A DNA stretch of 64,000 nucleotides from Octopus vulgaris (taxonomy: Eukaryota), in the NCBI GenBank assembly GCA_951406725.2, contig OX597817.1, positions 108,872,001 to 108,936,000 on the forward strand, read 5' to 3'. Position numbers and translations under genes: made by a program. Position 1 is the stretch's first letter; every line of letters begins with the position of its first letter. This document shows, piece by piece, positions 63,251-64,000 of the stretch. Under the pieces are notes generated by a model. That model worked only from the letters and a program-made list of their open reading frames with translations. It was not told where the DNA came from and made no database searches.

Positions 63251-64000
63251 CAGAGAGAAAGCGATAGGAATGTATATGTGTGTGTATAAATAATATGGAT
63301 GGCTTATCCGCAATTTTACAATATAGACGTCACTACAGTGACAAAGCCCATTAATATGTACCAGTATTGCTAGAAATAAGAGTCAGGACATCTCAATAGC
63401 CACGGAAAGCACTATCTTAATGATTGGCAAGGGAAGCAAGCTCTTTACAGCAGCGCACATAGCCAGCTAATCGATGATATCACGTTTTAATTGTTCTGCA
63501 TTTTAATGTTCATCAGTGGCCCTCACCGTGCCTTGGATTAAACTCAATTCGCCTTGTCAGTTTATAAGATTTCCGTTGAAATCACACGATGATTCATAAA
63601 CGGCAAAGGTGAAAATTTATATATCTATATTTACAAATTCATCATTCATCATCTGAATGTGTCCACCTTTTCCTTTCTTTCGTTTTGTATGTAAATATAT
63701 ACGCCCATATATTGTATTTGTTGTATTTGATGTAATTAATATATTTGATATAGTTGATGTGTCTAATTTACTTATCCCAATAATTGCGTCTATATATATA
63801 TATATATATTCACACACACACACACATATATATATATATGTACATATATATATGTATACGCACATATATATATATTCATATATATACATAATTGATATAT
63901 TTGTGTATATACATGTGTGTGTGTGTGTATGTGCGCACGCCGGTGAAGATGCGTTGGAAGTTTTCATAAAAATTCTCTCATAATGAATTGTGCATGAAAT

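Overview
AT-rich, microsatellite-dense animal genomic DNA. The tRNA-derived SINE families and the very high load of (TA)n, (TACA)n and (AAT)n point to an octopod cephalopod; this is an inference. I cannot support any host gene; the only hint is one 108-nt exon candidate. The dominant feature is an R4/Dong-type non-LTR retrotransposon (37936-41644) with an uninterrupted RT + CCHC + restriction-like endonuclease frame. It is the last member of a head-to-tail stack of four apparently different Dong-type insertions separated by (AAT)n tracts (36420-41729). The window also holds five type-I minimal hammerhead ribozyme motifs of the Penelope-like/retrozyme kind, all on the minus strand. One follows a tRNA-like head, one lies in a tandem-plus-inverted repeat unit, and one abuts a Penelope RT fragment. 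Other elements are a full-length decayed Tc1 with TIRs, mariner and hAT remnants, two non-autonomous Helitrons, a foldback-like element, several LINE remnants and many SINEs. Nearly all short ORFs in the track are microsatellite or antisense artefacts.
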